The notes under the pieces are model-generated. The model was not told where the DNA came from, did not search any database, and was given only the letters and a program-made list of their open reading frames with translations. From NCBI RefSeq assembly GCF_009914755.1, contig NC_060925.1: a stretch of 64,000 bases of DNA; one strand, written 5' to 3'. A program made the position numbers and the translations under genes. Positions 40,901-55,333 of this stretch are shown piece by piece (position 1 is the stretch's first letter; every line of letters begins with the position of its first letter). Source of the stretch: the human T2T-CHM13v2.0 reference genome, Homo sapiens.

Positions 40901-42874
40901 TGTTCTTATAAGGCGGTAGTGACTTCAGTCCAGCCGCATCTACCATCCAGGGTGGAGGTTCAAAAAGTCTTATACGCACCTACAAGTCTCACGCTTGCTG
41001 CTCAGACTTTCTGATAAAATCTCAGAGTTCTGTTTGTATTGACCAAAAATGCAGTTGTGCCCACTTGGGTGTGTATCTCATGTCCTTGTAAACCAGCCAC
41101 CTTCTTTGGATAGAAGGCAAGGCTGACAAATCTGCAGATTTGTTCAATGCAAACACAGCCGTCTATATCATTGGCCACTGCTGATTATATTGAGTGTTTT
41201 TAGGTTTTTTAGGTTTCTTATTCCAAAAAGGATTTTAGACTGTAAAATGACTAAAGATGAGTTAATTTCCAAACTAAAAAAGGAAGGAGTCCTGCCTGTA
41301 CTCATTGTTCTTTCCTGCTGGACTAGTAACCCATTCTTGGAGCACACACAGAGTCCCTCGCTTCTAAAGACAATACGTCTTAAACCCTGAAAACTTGCCA
41401 GTGAGAAAGAGGTTGAAAGTCCTGTTTGCTATTAGTTGAGGCTAAGCCGTCTGCTGCCACTGTCCCTGGGGCCTCCATGCTGCCGCCGGGGTATGTGGCC
41501 CAGCTGTCCCCCCATGAAGGACACTCTTCAATGCCACCACACGGGAGTCTGGGCAGGGAGGAAAGGCACACAGCCCACTTTTCTCTGCACCAAATGAAAC
41601 AAAGCTGGGTGTTCAGTGTCACTGATGCAAGTAAATGGGTCTCAAATTTTGGTGGGGGCAGTGTTTCTTTGGATTCTGATACCTCTTTTTCCACCTCCAG
41701 AAAGTATCTGTCAACATTGGTGGGTAACAGCTTATAAAGTGCATCACTTAGTAATCTTCCTGACAAAATGACACATTTTAAAATTACAACCTGTTCATTA
41801 TTTCCATCATAATGCAAGCGTAATTCTAATCCGGGAGAAGATACTGTCATTTAAGCTCATCTTCTCAAAAAAATTTTTTCTGAAAATTCCTGGAAACTAA
41901 TTTATCCCTCCCTAAACAAACACATTCTGCTTTTGGGTGGCCCTACCCAGAACCTGCAGCAATGTCATAACACTGGACACAGTGCGGCTTGGGGCAGTAT
42001 CAAGCCTTCATTGCATACAAACCTTAATCTCTAAGCATAGTTGTTCCCAAGGTCCACACGTGTGGAGGCGAGTACTGAAATACCACACTCACACATCTAT
42101 TCCATGCGTACCTAGAAATTACCTTCAACACTAAAAAAGGTTCCTTCTTTCATTCCCTATCCTGCTAACAGCCCACATTGTAATATTTGATTTATGAAGA
42201 AGTTCTAATTTATTTGTGAACTCAGGATGTTGCTTTACAGCATTGCTCGTGTTCTCTCATTTACTTATTATGCATCACGGTTGGAAATGCTATCCACGTG
42301 CCGTGCATCGAGGTGGAGATTTGCTGGATCTGTCTGTGGCTATTTTTTTCCATGTTTTTCTCACTCAAGCAAAGTCTGTTAGTGGAAACATGGGCTGGGG
42401 GATGGGGAGAGGACAGATAAAGCAAGAGAATAGGGATTAGGGTCCAATCCTCAATGCACAGGGCTTAGTTCAAAATCTAAGCTGTTTCTGTAGTAAGCAG
42501 CCAAATGGGAAAGATCCCTTCGTTTTGAATTTGATGAGAATGGGCTTGGAAATCCACGCCCACCGGCTTGCACGGAAGAGGACTCAGCCTCTTCCTAATG
42601 GTTCAACATTCAATTCCTGAGGAAAGTGCTGATAGTATTAGTTCCCTACATTTCCCTAAGACTCCCATCCAACCCCTAGTGCTACTGAAGAGGGTTTGGG
42701 AAAGCAATTGGAGTTCCTTAGCTTGGATATATATAGTACCTGTTTTTTTCCTCTGGAAAAACCAAAGTACTTTAGTGAGTCTTACAATCTTAAGGCATTT
42801 TGTCCCCTCACTGGGTCCCGAGAGGCAGGGAGGGGCTAGGCCTTGAGCTAGGAGCAAGGACATGGGCCGCCAGG

Positions 42875-43560
42875 CCTGGTTGTTACTAGCTGTGCAACCT
42901 TGGGCGAGCCTCTTCGCTTTGCTGGGCCTCAGGTTCCCGAGTGGAAGACTGGGGGTCAGAACAGCTGCCCTTCTGGGAGAGCATCAAGAGAAAGTGGTAT
43001 AAGTGATGGGAAGTGCTTTGAAGAAATTAAAGGTCTGTCTAGGAGCTGGGGGTAATCATTTACAGATGAAGAAACTGAAGTCTAGTCATTGACTGGCCCG
43101 AGTTCACAGAGTGGTTTTATAGCAAAACAGGGACTTGAGTCCAGCTTATTGGATTCTTCCCATCAGATCATATTGCACCAGGTATGTGTAGACATGAACA
43201 CATACCATTCCTCTAAGGTGTGTGTACATACACGGATGTGTGTGTACAGGAGGTACCTGACATGGTGAAAGGCCATAGGACAGAAAACCTGAGTTCTAAT
43301 TCCAGCTTTGCCAGTCGTCCCGTCCGTGATATATTCCATAGGACAGAAAACCTGAGTTCTAATTCCAGCTTTGCCAGTCATCCTGTCCGTGATATATTCC
43401 ATAGGACAGAAAACCTGAGTTCTAATTCCAGCTTTGCCAGTCGTCCCGTCCGTGATATATTACCTAACTCCTCCAGAACTCAGTTTTCTAACCTATAAAA
43501 TGAAGACATTGTGCTAGATGATCTTTGTGGTTCCTTCAAGCTCTGGATCTCTAATTCCAT
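42875..43560. mobile_element. MIR cluster in the long 3'UTR (sense, antisense, then sense MIR3-like)
   Basis: tactagctgtgcaaccttgggc; tttacagatgaagaaactga; ctcagttttctaacctataaaatg...ctagatgatct. Confidence 0.6.
43273..43461. repeat. 63-bp VNTR x3 in the 3'UTR
   Basis: Unit ccataggacagaaaacctgagttctaattccagctttgccagtcgtcccgtccgtgatatatt at 43273, 43336, 43399. Confidence 0.96.
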
Positions 43561-43817
43561 GATTAGTAATGTATGTATGTGTATATAAATATGCTTATCT
43601 GTAGAAATGGGCCCATTTGAAAAGTGGAGACAAGGTCTGCCCAGGTGCATTTATTGTGCCAGAAACAGTGAATTCCTAAATAAGTTCATAAAATCTTGTT
43701 TTACAATTCAATGGTAGTGCTTAATGTTACTGTCTGAAATCCACTGTTTAACCAGATGGAAGACTGGGGCCATTCAAAACATTATTAGTTCACAAGTGTT
43801 TGCTGTTAAAATGCTTC

Positions 43818-43823
43818 AATAAA
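43818..43823 (+). terminator. Distal polyadenylation signal AATAAA
   Basis: Canonical hexamer in an AT-rich context. Confidence 0.55.
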
Positions 43824-44161
43824 ACTCATTTGTTAAAGTCAGAAATTCAACTCTTCTGTACTTGGGCAGGTCCCAGCAGCCCCTTGGCAGGCTAGTTTTG
43901 TGCATGGGCCTTTGCAAGCTATATAAACGTTAGGTGTTGGCTTGATTATGATAAATATGAGCAGGCTCCCTGGAGAACAGTCCAGAAAAAAAGAGTTATA
44001 GTTCTCACAAACTGGTGACATGAATCCATTAAGCTGTGTGGCATTTTCCAGTGTAAAGACATTGTTTGCTGGCTACGATCTCTGACTTTTTGTGGCATAT
44101 GAGGTGTAAAATGTTGTCAAAAAAGAATCTGGTGTTTAAAAAAAAATCAAACTATGGTGGC

Positions 44162-44167
44162 ATTAAA
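44162..44167 (+). terminator. Distal polyadenylation signal ATTAAA
   Basis: ATTAAA with upstream TGTA motifs, followed by U-rich and GTTGTG sequence. Confidence 0.55.
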
Positions 44168-46926
44168 TGTTCACTTTTATTCTACCCAGAGTTGTGAATT
44201 CCTCTATCCAGCTTCTCCTTCTGTACCTCGGGGGAAAGCAATTCAAGAGCTAGGGGTGGGTGCTTCTCACGGCAGCAACACCTTGGCCCAAGTCTAGCCC
44301 CCAGGCCTCTCAGGACCTCATGGGATGAGGCCTGTCTAGTCGCCCTGTGGAGCTGGCCCCCAACAAGTTCAGCAGCTCAGCCAGGAGTGAGTAGAGGTGT
44401 CAGCTAAGTCCCAGAGTCCCTGGACTTGTTCTGCACACCTGAGAGCCAGACGCTGGGGAAAGTGTGGAGAAGCTTGTGTTGATAATGGGATATTTTCTGT
44501 TGCCCTCCCTCAGTCCAGTGTTTCTGGGGCTTACACAAAATAAGGGAATTTGCAGTCACTGTAGATTGCTCGGGCCTGGATGCATGGGCCTCTGTTACAC
44601 TGGTGCTTGGTCTCAGTTATAACTGGGCACATTCAGGCAAGAAGGCAAAAACAGATCAGAACTAGAAAAAGGTCTCTCAGGGTAGCCCCTTCCCTTGAGG
44701 ACAGTCTCCCTCCACTGCAGACATTTCCCTCTGAACAGTAATGAGGGACTTTCCTAGATGCTGGTGCCACATTCATCCAATCAACTGAGTGCTCCACACC
44801 CCCAGGAGATAGGGCAGGATGGCCACTCAAAGCAAATACATACTCTTCACTCCTGGCAAGATCCCTCTCTGAGTCCCTGTCTCCTACTGCACCACGCTTG
44901 CCTGGACATGCACACCTCCAAGGCTCCCTGCTTTTCTTCTCCCCAAATCCTAGCCAAGACCTTCTTGGGCTCCCTTTGGGTAAACCGAGCAGAAGCCGTA
45001 AGGGTTTTCTAAACATAATGCCTTCAACTAGAAGAGAAGGTAGAGGTGGTGCCAAACTGATCATTCCCTTGGGGAGGAGACGATGGAAAGGCAGCCTCTA
45101 TTATAGAATTGTTTCTAATGCCCTCACTCCTCCCAATTAAAGACCTTCTCAGTGCTCTGCTGGCCTGTCGTAGCCTATAATACATCTTGTCCCAATTCAC
45201 ATCAGCACCTCTCGTCTCTGGGAAGGATATGTATTGTGTGGTCATCAGAAGTAACTTTTCATTAGGAAAAAAACTATCCAAATATACAATCTTAGGTGGA
45301 TCTGTCCCTCAAACCATTAAACTATCCAAACTGTTCTTACTTTTATTCTTTCCATCCTTTTTGATCCTGTCTCTTTGTCTCAGGGAGGACAGTGGCCATT
45401 CTGCCTACCTTGGCACCATGCTGCATTTGGCCAGACGCCCCTGGGACTAGAAGGTCATAGAAAAGAAAGCAAGGTGATGTCATTGTCCAGCAATGGCAGA
45501 TCAGGCTATGGCTGCACCTGGATGGAGAAAATGCCTCCGCATCTATGCAGGACCTGTTGCAGTGTCTGATGCTTCCACTTGTTTTTCTAGCTGAAGGTGT
45601 TGTTTCTAGAAAACCCTTATAAATCTACAGAGCACTTGGAGTGTAAATGCATTGACCTGCCAGTGGCTGCAGTGCTCCTAACACCCATGGATATCTCTTG
45701 TTCTATAACTCCAGTGGCTAGAACAGAACATGGAACATAGTGGGTGCTCAACCAATATTAGCTGAATGAATGAATCAATCAATTATTCAACTTTGGGGGA
45801 AGAGGCAACAACAAAAACCTGGGCAGGGGCCTGCAGCATTTCAGAGTCCCGTGACAAGTGGACCAAAGGTCTGCATTTGCAAACCCCTACTGGGATTAAT
45901 CCCTAATTCCCAGTGGAGAAGGAGCACCAGGCCCACACAAGGCCAGACCCACGCCCTGGGCTTCTTACGCACACAGCCTTGACCTCCACAGCCACGGAGC
46001 AGCCTTGGCTTTCAGGCCTCCTAAAGCATGTTTCTAAGAGATGAAAAAGAGTCGTGTTCAAGCTCGTGGATTCCGTCTCAACATGTATAAAACAATCGTC
46101 GAGCAAACCCTCACTGAGCAGCACTCGCACTGTCCCAGACACCGTGCTGGTTGCAGTGAATGAAACAGGTTCCAGGCTCCCAGAACTCAGTGAGGTTGGC
46201 GAGCCGGGCCGGCACACAGAAACGCTGCTACAAACACGCAAACGTGCTCCCCTCCATGCAGGGCAAACCCTCCTCAGGGGCCCCTTTTCCTAGAATTTGG
46301 GCCCTTGTCCAGGCCTCACCTCCAGAAGAGTCTCCTTAAGCAGGAGGCTGAGAGGGCAGCGAGGCGGGGAGGGAAGGGGGACAGCCAGTGTCACTGCAAG
46401 TCGCTTTATTTCTCCTGCGGAAGTCCAGCCCTCCCTCACTCCCCTACTCCCCGGCACTTCCAGCTTCCTCCCCGCAGCGGGTTAACACGTGCATTTGCCA
46501 AGAGCTCAGGAAGGGCGCGCTGTGAGCATCCAGCCAGCTGAGGAGGAGGGGACTGTCCCCTGGGCAGCCACCCCGCTGCCACCTGAGGAAGCTACTTTGG
46601 GGTCCACCTGCATGCACGGTAAGCAGCACGTCCTTTCTTTTTCATTTTAAAATTGTTACATTGCCCCGCTCAGCCCATCCTCTGTGCTCTCCCCTCTCCA
46701 GCAGGTTCTGGGGTGCTGATACATATTACACACCTTTTGTGTGCTCAGAAGAAAAACTCAAAAAAAAGAGCTTTATAGACCACAAAGATCTACAAACCCC
46801 CAAAGTCCCTGATGGCCCAGTGAGAGAAAGGCCGCTGCTTTTTAAAACTGCACTTTGAAAATATGGAAATTGAAAATAAAAAATTACCTTCATCTCACCC
46901 CAGAGAGAACCACTGTTATTTAATAG

Positions 46927-46928
<2 letters not shown>

Positions 46929-46967
<39 letters not shown>
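46929..46967. repeat. (CA)n microsatellite, about 19 units
   Basis: Seen directly. Confidence 0.97.
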
Positions 46968-46970
<3 letters not shown>

Positions 46971-47474
46971 GCACGTGCGCTATTACAAATTTTGGATTAT
47001 CCTGGATATGGTCCTTTTGGAACCCTTTTCCCCTTTAATAATCCTACCATGTATATTTGTTTCCCCAATTGGCACATGTGCTCTGACAACATGGCTTTTA
47101 ACATTGCAGAATATTCCATCACATAGATCGACCGACTCTCATTTATGCACGGCTACTATTCCCTGCTCTTGGACCATAAGATTGCTTCCACTTTTTCACA
47201 ATTATCAGTTACACTGTTGAACATAAATCAACACATATTGAATATAAATCTTTTTTGTTAACCTGACAAGTCCGTAGGGATAAATTCCTGGAAGTAAAAT
47301 AGCTATAACAAGAGGAATAAAAGATTACAAGGCATGTTACACACATTGAGGGTGGCTGTGCTTTAAACCGTCCAACCTCAATGATGATTAGAAGCCTTCC
47401 CTGATAGCCCCAGATGGAGTCATCTCTTCCTCTCTTAACTTTTATTTCATTGATTCACTTATTTATTCATTCTA

Positions 47475-47809
<335 letters not shown>

Positions 47810-47918
47810 CTCCAACATGGGACAGTGTTCCTGTTGTAAGATGTGCCAAGTTCTTAGTATACACTTCATCATATTTTAAAGTAGGACGTGTTTATCTGTC
47901 CTTAAATATTAGGCATCA

Positions 47919-48219
47919 GGCTCACGCCTGTAATCCCGGCACTTTGGGAGGCCGAGGTGGGCAGATCACAAGGTCAGGAGATTGAGACCATCCTGGCTAA
48001 CACAGTGAAACCCCATCTCTACTAAAAATACAAAAACTTAGCTGGGTGTGGTGGCGGGTGCCTGTAGTCCCAGCTACTTGGAGGCTGAGGGAGGAGAATG
48101 GCGTGAACCCAGGAGGCGGAGCTTGCAGTGAGCCGAGATCGCACCACTGCACTCCAGCCTGGGCGACAGAGCAAGACTCTATCTCAAAAAATAAAAAATA
48201 AAAAATAAATTTAAAAAAA
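47919..48219 (+). mobile_element. Alu (AluY-like, slightly 5'-truncated)
   Basis: gagaatggcgtgaaccc and ggagcttgcagt features; TSD taggcatcagg. Confidence 0.92.
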
Positions 48220-48715
48220 TAGGCATCAGGAGGGTAGGAGCTCTTTTTATGGCTCCCTGTGTTTAACACAATGCTGGGCACAAAATCAGGTTAAGATTCA
48301 GAGGGTTTCGACAGCCAAAGCTATTGAAGGGAATGGCATTTTATACACAGTATAGATATCCATACACTGGAAACACTTTTCTGGGGATTCTGACATCCAT
48401 CTCAGCCCTTGCTGAGAACTCTTAGCTGAGGGGCCATGAAGCCTGGGTGCTCGTGTGAAACTGCAACTTGCAGTTGACTTTGAGGGAGTCTCAGTGCGTC
48501 TCCAGGCTCCATCTCCTCATCTGTGTAAGAGAAGTGAAGCCCAATCTGTCCTGCCTAGTTTCCCCTGGGTTTGTTCTGAGGATGAAAGAAGATGCTGTGT
48601 GTAGAACCAGGTCATAATCTGGTAAGTGCTCAACAGACGTAAGGTCCTGGGATAACATACACTTGTTTTGATAATTACAACAAGATTCCTCAGGCAGCCT
48701 TTACTTCTTTCCTAG

Positions 48716-49350
<635 letters not shown>

Positions 49351-49502
49351 CCATTCTTTTAAAAATATCAGTGGCTTCCATCTATTAGAAGTAGGTTGGG
49401 CTATACATCACACTATCCCTAAATCTTACTTTCATGTGGTTTGTTTAATAATTAATTCCCAATAAGTCTCAGGGGAGAGTTCTGCAATATGTATAAAACT
49501 TT

Positions 49503-49670
49503 GGCAAGATGGCATATTAGGAACAGCTCTGGTCTGCAGCTCCCAGCGAGATCGACACAGAAGGCGGGTGATTTCTGCATTTCCGACTGAGGGAAATTGA
49601 TATTAGGGCTAATATCAAGAATCTACAAAGAACTTAAACAAAATTACAAGAAAAAAACAAACAACTCCAT
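49503..49670 (+). mobile_element. Chimeric L1PA fragment: 5'UTR start fused to an ORF2 3' piece
   Basis: ggcaagatggc...ggaacagctctggtctgcagctcccagcgag...ttctgcatttccgactgag, then agggctaatatcaagaatctacaaagaacttaaacaaa. Confidence 0.85.
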
Positions 49671-50344
49671 CTACTGCCTTGAGTGGGCAGTAGGCAAGCT
49701 GAGGCCTGGGTTTCTAAGTGGTCGAGAGGAGGCTGGAGACCAGCAGGGGTCAGACGCTGAGACGAGACAGATTTAACCCTCATCACAATTTTGCTCAAGT
49801 CCTGGGGTTCCTGCCCCACCAGTTTCCTTTTCGGAAGCCTGAAAACATAAACCAGGTTTACCAACACCCTCAATTCGCAACCAGCCCCTTCTCTCCGGTG
49901 GATGTGTTTGGGAAGCCAGGCATAGAGAATATTGCCATTGACCTCCTCCTGCTCCTTTCCTTGTCCCGCTTTATTAGCATCACATGAATTTGATGGGTGT
50001 GTTGCCGAAGCCAGAATAAGTAGTTTAGACGGTGAGGGCAGCAGCAGCTCAGAGAAGGGAGCAGCTGAAAAACCTCAGGGCTTGTGCACCACCTCTTGAG
50101 GCCAGCCAGCCTTGCCCTGTCTCCAGGCAGCTGTGCTCCTAAACCGCGACAAATGACTAAGAAATTTCTGCTCAGGGGAGTCCTGAGGGAAGGAAGGTGC
50201 TCTTTCCCTGCAGGTGCATTTGACGTCACTCAGGCACAGGGGGCCCCTCCCAGCAGCCTCCAGAAGCAGCCTCCAGAGCCTGGGTCGGTGACAGCCCGTC
50301 TAGTATTTAAGCATGATTCAGCCACCCTCCCTACTCCCGTGTAA

Positions 50345-50433
50345 ATCCGTGGATATGCACGGAATCCAGCTTCCTCTTTCTGCACATACACACATCCTTT
50401 TGGCTATTTCTCTGGAGGACCCTGACTAACACA
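50345..50433 (+). mobile_element. MLT2 LTR 3' end
   Basis: tttctctggaggaccctgactaacaca terminus. Confidence 0.6.
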
Positions 50434-51543
50434 GGCCACCGACCCTCCATCACTGTGGGCTTCCTGTTTCTGCAGTAAGCACTCCCTTTGGGAGAGTCCA
50501 ATGAGAAAAAAGGAAAGAACCTCATTAGGTCCCTCCACGTCAACACTGACTGTGTTAACCCTAATTACTGCACCTGAATTATTCTTTTCCAGTTGCAAAG
50601 AAGGAAATCTCTAAGGTCTTTTTTAAAACCTACAAAACTTCTAAAGAATGGTAAAATGGGAAGGCTTTTTTGCATTGGCAGGAGCATAAATAATTCCTGA
50701 GGGCATCTGAACTCCAACCAGGTCAGCCCAGCCCAGCTTCCCCAACATCCCCCTTGCCAGGGAAGAGGCAGAGAATAGTAACTCAAGTTTATAGAGACTG
50801 TATTGTTGCCTTTGATCTTCAGCACCACCCCATTGAGGTAAGCATTAGCTCATACCTTTGGACAAGGGCAAGTCAGAAAGTGAGAGGGAAAGTGAGAAAG
50901 GCATTTGGAAAAAACAGGGAGGAGGACTTGGTCATTGCTTCATTCATGTATTCATTGCACAAATATTTATTGGCTACCACAATGTGTCAGCTGTGGTGCT
51001 GGAAGTGGAGAGACAATAGCAAGTGAGACAGAGAAGGTCCAAACCTTTACCCAACGGAGTGTATAGTCCAGCAAACATTTCCTGAAGGCCTGCACCTGGC
51101 AAGGCACTGCTGGCAAAGCCCAAGAGTACAGCAACCCAGCTTAAAGGAGGGTGATCCAACTTTGAAAGCTGCCCCTTCTGTGAGCGCCCTCAATCCCTCA
51201 AGCTTATTCTGCCTCACTAATGATTGCTCTCCCTTCCATGGTCTATTGTACCATCTTTCTCTCCCTATTGGCCTGAGAGCTCTTCCAGGGCAGGACCACT
51301 CTCCACTCAGCCCAACACAATGTCTGGCGCACGGTTCTTCAGGCACATTCATCCAATGATGACCTGCAATGAGCCGAGCATGGTGTCAGCAGCTGAAGCA
51401 ACAGAGAGGGAAGAAACCCAGGCCCCTTCCTCCAGGGATGTGGAGTCTAGTGGGGGAGAAAGATAAAGAAAGAAGCAACTATTTTGATGTGATAAATTTC
51501 CTGGGGAATGACTAAGTGCCAAGCTGTGCAGAAGAAGAAATGC

Positions 51544-51845
51544 TGGCTGGGCCTGGTGGTTCACACTTGTAATCCCAGCACTTTGGGAAGCCAAGGTGGG
51601 AGGATTGATGGAGGCCAGGAGTTTGAGATCAGCCTGAGCAACAGAGCAAGACTCCATCTCTACACAAAATTTTAAAAATTAGCCAGCTGTGGTGGCACAC
51701 AACTGTAGTCCCAGCAACTTGGGAGGCTGATATGGGAGGATTGCTTGAGCCCCGGAGTTCCTGGCTGCAGAATGGCCACTGCCCTCCAGCCTGGGCAACA
51801 CAGTGAGACCTAGTCTCAAAAAAAAAAAAAAAAAAAAAAAAAAAA
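51544..51845 (+). mobile_element. Alu (AluJ) followed by a polypurine tract to about 51960
   Basis: Sense Alu, long A tail, then GA-rich run. Confidence 0.9.
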
Positions 51846-53479
51846 GCCAAAAAGGAGAGAGGAGGGAGGAGAGAAAAGAGGAGGGAGGAAGGGGAGGTCA
51901 AGGAAGGAGGAGGAGGAACATAGCTGTAATGGGAAGATAGGGAGGAAAAAGGAGGATGGAAGACATGCTCAGATATGTCTTCATGGCTAGATGGTAAGTT
52001 CTGACTGGGCAGAGACAATGTCTGTTTCCTTAGTACCTAGCAAAGGGTCTTGCACTGGGTAGATATTCACTGTATTTTCAGTGGGGAATGAATTCCCATA
52101 ATAGGGAATCTGAAGCCCTTAAAGAAAACCAGAATAGCAAAGAATAGAATAATGTTTACTCTTTTATATTGATTAGAAATGCATACTCCACATATAGAAA
52201 GTACAAACTCAACAGAGTAAAATCTCAGAGAATGGTTTTTACACATATTTGCAGTGTGATCAGTCAATGTTCCTGAAAGCTAATAAGAATCCAGTAACCA
52301 TTTAATATTAAATGTATGGAGAAGCTACCTAAATCCTAGGGTCATGTTGCTTGTCACTTGAGAGAACACCATTTTCTTGTCTAACTCTTATTTTTATTCA
52401 CATTCATGATGATACATGCATGTGCAGCCACACGAACATCAACATCAATATCTGGTTTCTAGAGTAGATTCTCAAAAGGTAGGAAAACCTGCCTTGATAG
52501 CATCTTATAAAACTCAGCACATTACCACACACAGATGCATTCCAATTGTGAAATCTCTCAGGACGAAAAGTATTCTATGGGTGATGCTGTTTTTCTTTTT
52601 TTTCCCAGGTTTTGCTTATTAATGACCCAGCCAGGCTTTCTCACATTGTCTTGTGCTAGAGGCATTGACTCCTCACATCGGAAAAGTAAAATGCCTAGAA
52701 ATGCCTAAAGGAGAAATAAAACAAAGTGGTTGATGCTTAGAAAGAAAAGTCATCCAATTCACTCACAGTGGGTCATGCTGCTTAACTCAGCCACAAGGAA
52801 ATCCCAATTCATGCAAAAATAATTCTGTCTTCATTATTCTACAATCCAGTGGGTGTCTATGATAATTTGAGTACTCCTTTCTTGAAAAGAGAAGATCAGC
52901 ACGTGTGTCTTTAACAATACATTCCTCTTGGTCTTGCTGAAATGCTGCATTAGTGACTGCATCTGATTGCACTGGAACCTGGCTCAGGCCCCCTACTGAT
53001 GCTCTTACAGGCCATTATTAATGCGTACCCCTTCAGGGGCTGTAATTTGGGACTCAATTTGCCATAAAATTGTCCTAAGTGTCACCTTAGTAATCGGAGA
53101 TCACATGACCCATGAAACACATTGAGATGAAAGATGGCACCTCTTGGAAATGAATGTCAAATTTTCCCCCATAGTAAAAAGGCACTAGCCATTGTATTTG
53201 CAGTGGATTTCACTGTGCCTTGAGATGGGGAGGGGTTACAATGTTCCCTGTGCACATGCCTTGAGCTGGGCCTGCTAGGCCTCAGACCAGAGCCTTCACC
53301 TACCACATACCCTGAAGACTCAACACACAGACTCTAGTAATTCAGCCATCCCTCAGGTGGATTTTGATGGTGCTTATCTTTTTAACCAAAAATCCATATG
53401 TTTTCTAACAAAGGAGTTTTATCCTAATTCCAGATACAAAAAGTAGGTTAGATGTCAAGTCTGGCAAAACAAAAGGTAG

Positions 53480-54290
53480 TTTGATTAATCATTAGGGAAA
53501 TGCCAATCAAAACCACAATGAGACACAATTTCACACCTATCAGGATGGCTATTTCCAAAACAAACAAACAAACAAACAAACAAACACAAAACAGAAAATC
53601 ACAACGGTTGACAAGGATGTGGAGAACCTGGAAGCCTTGCACGTGGCTAGTGGGAAGGTAAAATGGTGCAGCTGGCGTAGAAAAACAGTATGGCAGCTCC
53701 TCAAAAAAAGGAAACCCAGGATCACTATTAACATGTGATCCAGCAACTTCACCTCTGAGTACACAACCCAAAGAACCGAAGGCAGGGACTTGAATAGATA
53801 CCTGTGTATCAGTGTTCATAGCAACACTATTCACAATAGCCAAATGACAGTAATAATGATCTACATGTCTACTGGCAGATGAATGGATAAACAAAAGCGG
53901 ATACAGACATACCATAGAGTGTCATTGAGTCTTAGAAAGGAATGAAATTCTGACACATGCTGAACATTTGCCCATGGATGAACCCTGAAGACATGATGCT
54001 AAGTGAAATCAACCAGACAGAGAGAGACAAATAACGTGTGATTCCACTTATACAAGATGCGGAGAGTAGTCAAATTCACAGAGACAGAAAGTGGAGTGGT
54101 GGTTCCCACGGTGGAGCAGGGGTCATTGTTCAATAGTATATAGTTTCAGTTTGGGAAGATGAAAACATCTGAAAAATGGATGGTGGTGACGGCTGAAGAA
54201 CAATGCGAATGTACTTAATGCCACTGAGCTTTCTATTTTAAAATGGTTAGAATGGTAAAGCATACATTATGTACCTTTTATAACAAAATG
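53480..54290 (+). mobile_element. L1M (L1MB-like) 3' end
   Basis: cattagggaaatgccaatcaaaaccacaatgagacac...gatgaatggataaacaaa...tacttaatgccactga. Confidence 0.85.
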
Positions 54291-55333
54291 TTTTAAGGTA
54301 GATTGGTTGTCAAAATACTAGAATTTCACATTTCAATGGACGAAAGCCAAAACGAATGCAATGTGGGACTGCCCTGGAAAACTCCAGGCATTTGGACGGC
54401 CATCTTGAAACTGTGCTGTAGATAAGGTAGATCAAGACCAGGAAGCCCTGGGGAGAAGGTGGCAGGGATATAGAGCTGGAGAGAAGGGGAACTGTCTGCC
54501 TCTTTCCTTCAGAAAAGCCTGCGGTGACAACTTGTTCACCTCTAGCCTTACTGCTCGGGCTGCAGAGGACGCCGGCACCAGCACCTTTGTCCATCTCAAG
54601 GGCTCTGTTGGAAACTTGAGTCAAATCAACTACCTTGCAGCCTTAATCTATAGTAGTTATTTTTGTTGTTCCTTCTGTTCCTGGTGACACTTGGTTCTGA
54701 ATTTAGTCTAGCAGAATGAGAGGGCCTGCACAGGGGCCCTGCTATAAGTTACCTTCACTCACAAAATGCGGGCATCCCCACCCCTAGTTACAACACACAT
54801 GTAGCAACATGTCTTCGTATGTTCTAAAGCAGAGGAAAGAGCCAATGGAACTTATAAGCTGTAGCTTATAAAGCACTCTTAGATGATTCTACCATTTTTT
54901 AAAAAAAATTACCATGATTTATCTGGTCATCTAGAGGGGCCAGACACAGTATGATTATGATGCTCTTATGAACTTCAGAGCACTCCTAGAGGCCACTTTT
55001 AATGAAGTACAAGCCTCCTGACTGGAGATTAAGTCAATATCCTTTATCACACTATTGAAAGCACTGAATATTTTGGTATCGACTCTCACTACTCTATTTC
55101 AAAAGAGGCTGAAGAAGCTGAAAAGCTGAGCAGCACTTCTCAGTTTCAAGAAACTAGGAGGCAAAAACTGGAGTCTAGGACTCATCAATGAGGGCCTAAT
55201 AATTCCCTCCATTTTGGGGCTGAGATCTCAAAGAACTGTACCCTAGGACTAAGGGTGATGGAAGTCGACTAAAACTCAGCAACAAATTATCTCAATTCAT
55301 GAAGTGGAATTAAGGTGATCAAGACTGCTAGTC

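Larger units (their letters stand above)
37359..44185 (+). other. KIF26B: KIF26B 3'UTR (short form to about 38005, long forms to about 43840/44185)
   Basis: Follows the stop codon, contains no Alu, and has three poly(A) hexamers. Exact cleavage sites are inferred. Confidence 0.7.

Noticed and set aside
54852-54871. Short palindrome ttataagct-gt-agcttataa
   Set aside because: 9-bp AT-rich arms are plausible by chance in 64 kb.
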